Source: Veleropilina oligotropha
Lineage: Eukaryota
DNA: 64,000 bases
Direction: 5' to 3'
NCBI GenBank assembly: GCA_048128005.1
Contig: JBEUKZ010000010.1
Span: 868,001-932,000 of the forward strand
Under the pieces are notes generated by a model. It did no database searches, was not told the DNA's origin, and worked only from the letters and a program-made list of their open reading frames with translations. This document shows positions 63,301-64,000 of this stretch, piece by piece (position 1 is the stretch's first letter; each line of letters starts with the position of its first letter). The position numbers and the translations under genes are program-made.

Positions 63301-64000
63301 GCATTTTAATATCCCCCGCAAATTTTAAAAACACATCCTAAGACAGTTGCTGAATGAATTAATATCCAATGGTGCCTGAACTTGGAGAGCATTCTGATGA
63401 TTCCTCATCCAATACCTTTTTTAGGTTTTACATTAGTAGTTTATATATTATAAATTGATATATATTATATAAATTGATATATTGATTCCAAATATCTAGT
63501 GATAGGGAGTTTGACCATCGTGTGGGGTTCAATAGTAAGAAATGCAATTACGAGTAATTAATTTCCCAAAGCGATAAACATTTGCTTGACGGAAAACATT
63601 TTAAGAATGCGTGGAACGCCATCAATGCCGAAACAATGCATATCCGTGTGCGCGAGTTGATTGACACGGTCACCATGAGACCGAAAAATTGAAACAGGAT
63701 AGTCGGCTTTGGCAGTGTCGATAATAAGCTCTCTTCTATTAAATGTTGTTTTAATCTGTAGATCAACATCTGTAACTGGAAATTGACCCCTATCAGTGAA
63801 ACATTATGCAGTCTCGTTTGCTGACAAACCTAAAGCATCCTTTGACATCATCAATGTAAATGAAACTCTTCCATCCTAAACAGCCGCACGTTCAAACAAA
63901 TCTCGTTCCTGCTAAATCTCGGGCCCAACGTGAATGGACTGTTGTTGTTCTTTAAAATATTGACAGAAATACGCAGACAGACAGCTCGGTTCATCGAGCG

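Overview
AT-rich genomic DNA from an invertebrate animal (possibly a mollusc; inferred from repeat types). Two host genes face each other. One is an intronless FAM181 gene (~994-2118, +) with a YAP-like TEAD-binding motif. The other is a THSD1-like receptor gene (-; four phase-1 exons, 49671 to 37556: N-terminal region, TSP1, CUB, TM, long basic/Ser-rich tail) whose first exon I could not find. The most striking structure is a nested 12.8-kb complex at 17566-30330. Tail-to-tail PIF/Harbinger-like MITE copies enclose an IS3EU-like element (TATGG..CCATA ends, 6-bp TSD) built from a palindromic CACATATGTG satellite. That satellite carries a Helitron and a complete 7.35-kb DIRS1-type retrotransposon (ITRs, ICR, gag, RT/RNaseH/MTase, tyrosine recombinase) integrated at an AT dinucleotide at the centre of a palindrome. 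A Crypton-like element sits in the right MITE copy. The DIRS copy has near-identical ITRs but lesions in catalytic residues. The rest contains MITEs with 3-, 4-, 5- and 7-bp TSDs, tRNA-derived SINEs, LINE and Tc1 remnants, and tandem arrays. Everything was read by eye: no database searches were run, and family names come from motif recognition.
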